DNA of 64,000 nt from Marsupella aquatica (Eukaryota; Plantae; Marchantiophyta), in the NCBI GenBank assembly GCA_973895155.1, contig OZ316899.1, forward strand, positions 12,182,834 to 12,246,833, read 5' to 3'. The translations under genes and the position numbers were made by a program. The notes under the pieces are model-generated. The model was given only the letters and a program-made list of their open reading frames with translations, was not told where the DNA came from and did no database searches. Of the stretch, positions 63,601 to 64,000 are shown one piece after another. Each line of letters begins with the position of its first letter. Position 1 is the stretch's first letter.

Positions 63601-64000
63601 GCTTGATGTGGAGATTTATATGGCTCAGCCTCCAGGTTTCATTGACGAGAAGACTAGACACTTGGTCTGTCAGCTCTTGCGCTCGTTATATGGATTGAAG
63701 CAGAGTCCCAGACAATGGAATAAGCATTTTGATTCCTTCATGCTGTCTCAAGGGTTCATGCGGAGTGAACATGACTGTTGTATTTACATGAAGGAGGTGG
63801 AGAATTACTCACGCTTTGGTTACATTGTGCTGACACTATACGTGGATGACATCCTAATCCTGGTTGAGAATAAGTCTGATGTTGCCCATCTCAAAGCAAT
63901 GTTGAGTAAGGAGTTTTCAATGAAGGACTTGGGTTAGACCAAGAAGATCCTAGGGATGGAGATTCATTGTGATAGGGAGCAGAGGCAATTATGGTTGTCT

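Larger units (their letters stand above)
52889..64000 (+). mobile_element. Ty1/copia LTR retrotransposon (runs off window end)
   Basis: 5' LTR, tRNA-Met PBS and gag-PR-IN-RT domain order. Confidence 0.93.
54358..64000 (+). pseudogene. Copia gag-pol polyprotein (54358-54402 joined to 60850 onward), multiple stops
   Basis: MASQKPAVPKFEVEK|FDGKVSF across the insertion; CWHCHEKGHTKWNC; WMLDLGSSYHM; LWHARLGH; HLDVWGP..SDNGGEY..PQQNGVAER; YKARLVAKG..LYGLKQSPR..LYVDDIL. Confidence 0.93.

Overview
Eukaryotic, land-plant-type DNA (GT-AG introns, plant TE families; a non-seed plant such as a bryophyte or fern is my guess only). Almost the whole window is a stack of nested transposable elements and I see no intact host gene. 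Main parts: (i) a complete 10.9-kb CACTA/EnSpm transposon (14407-25303, CACTA TIRs, CAA TSD) with an apparently intact spliced transposase, a divergent TnpA-like gene and an unexpected SET-domain (lysine methyltransferase-like) exon that seems to share exon 1 with the transposase; (ii) an 11.1-kb Mutator-like transposon (38242-49367, 20-bp TIRs) with a Zn/DDE/SWIM transposase and a divergent 4-exon accessory gene with an N-terminal ParB/Srx-like domain and a C-terminal beta-class N6A/N4C DNA-methyltransferase-like domain, plus about ten 18-bp palindromes confined to its non-coding parts; (iii) a family of 4-5 kb TG...CA LTR-like units that themselves carry long ORFs, one followed by a PBS and Ty3/gypsy gag-protease; (iv) a chromovirus integrase remnant, a Ty1/copia element from 52889 to the window end, several solo LTRs and MITE-like inserts; (v) decayed exons of a SART1-like splicing factor. 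All domain calls come from motif recognition by eye, not database searches.
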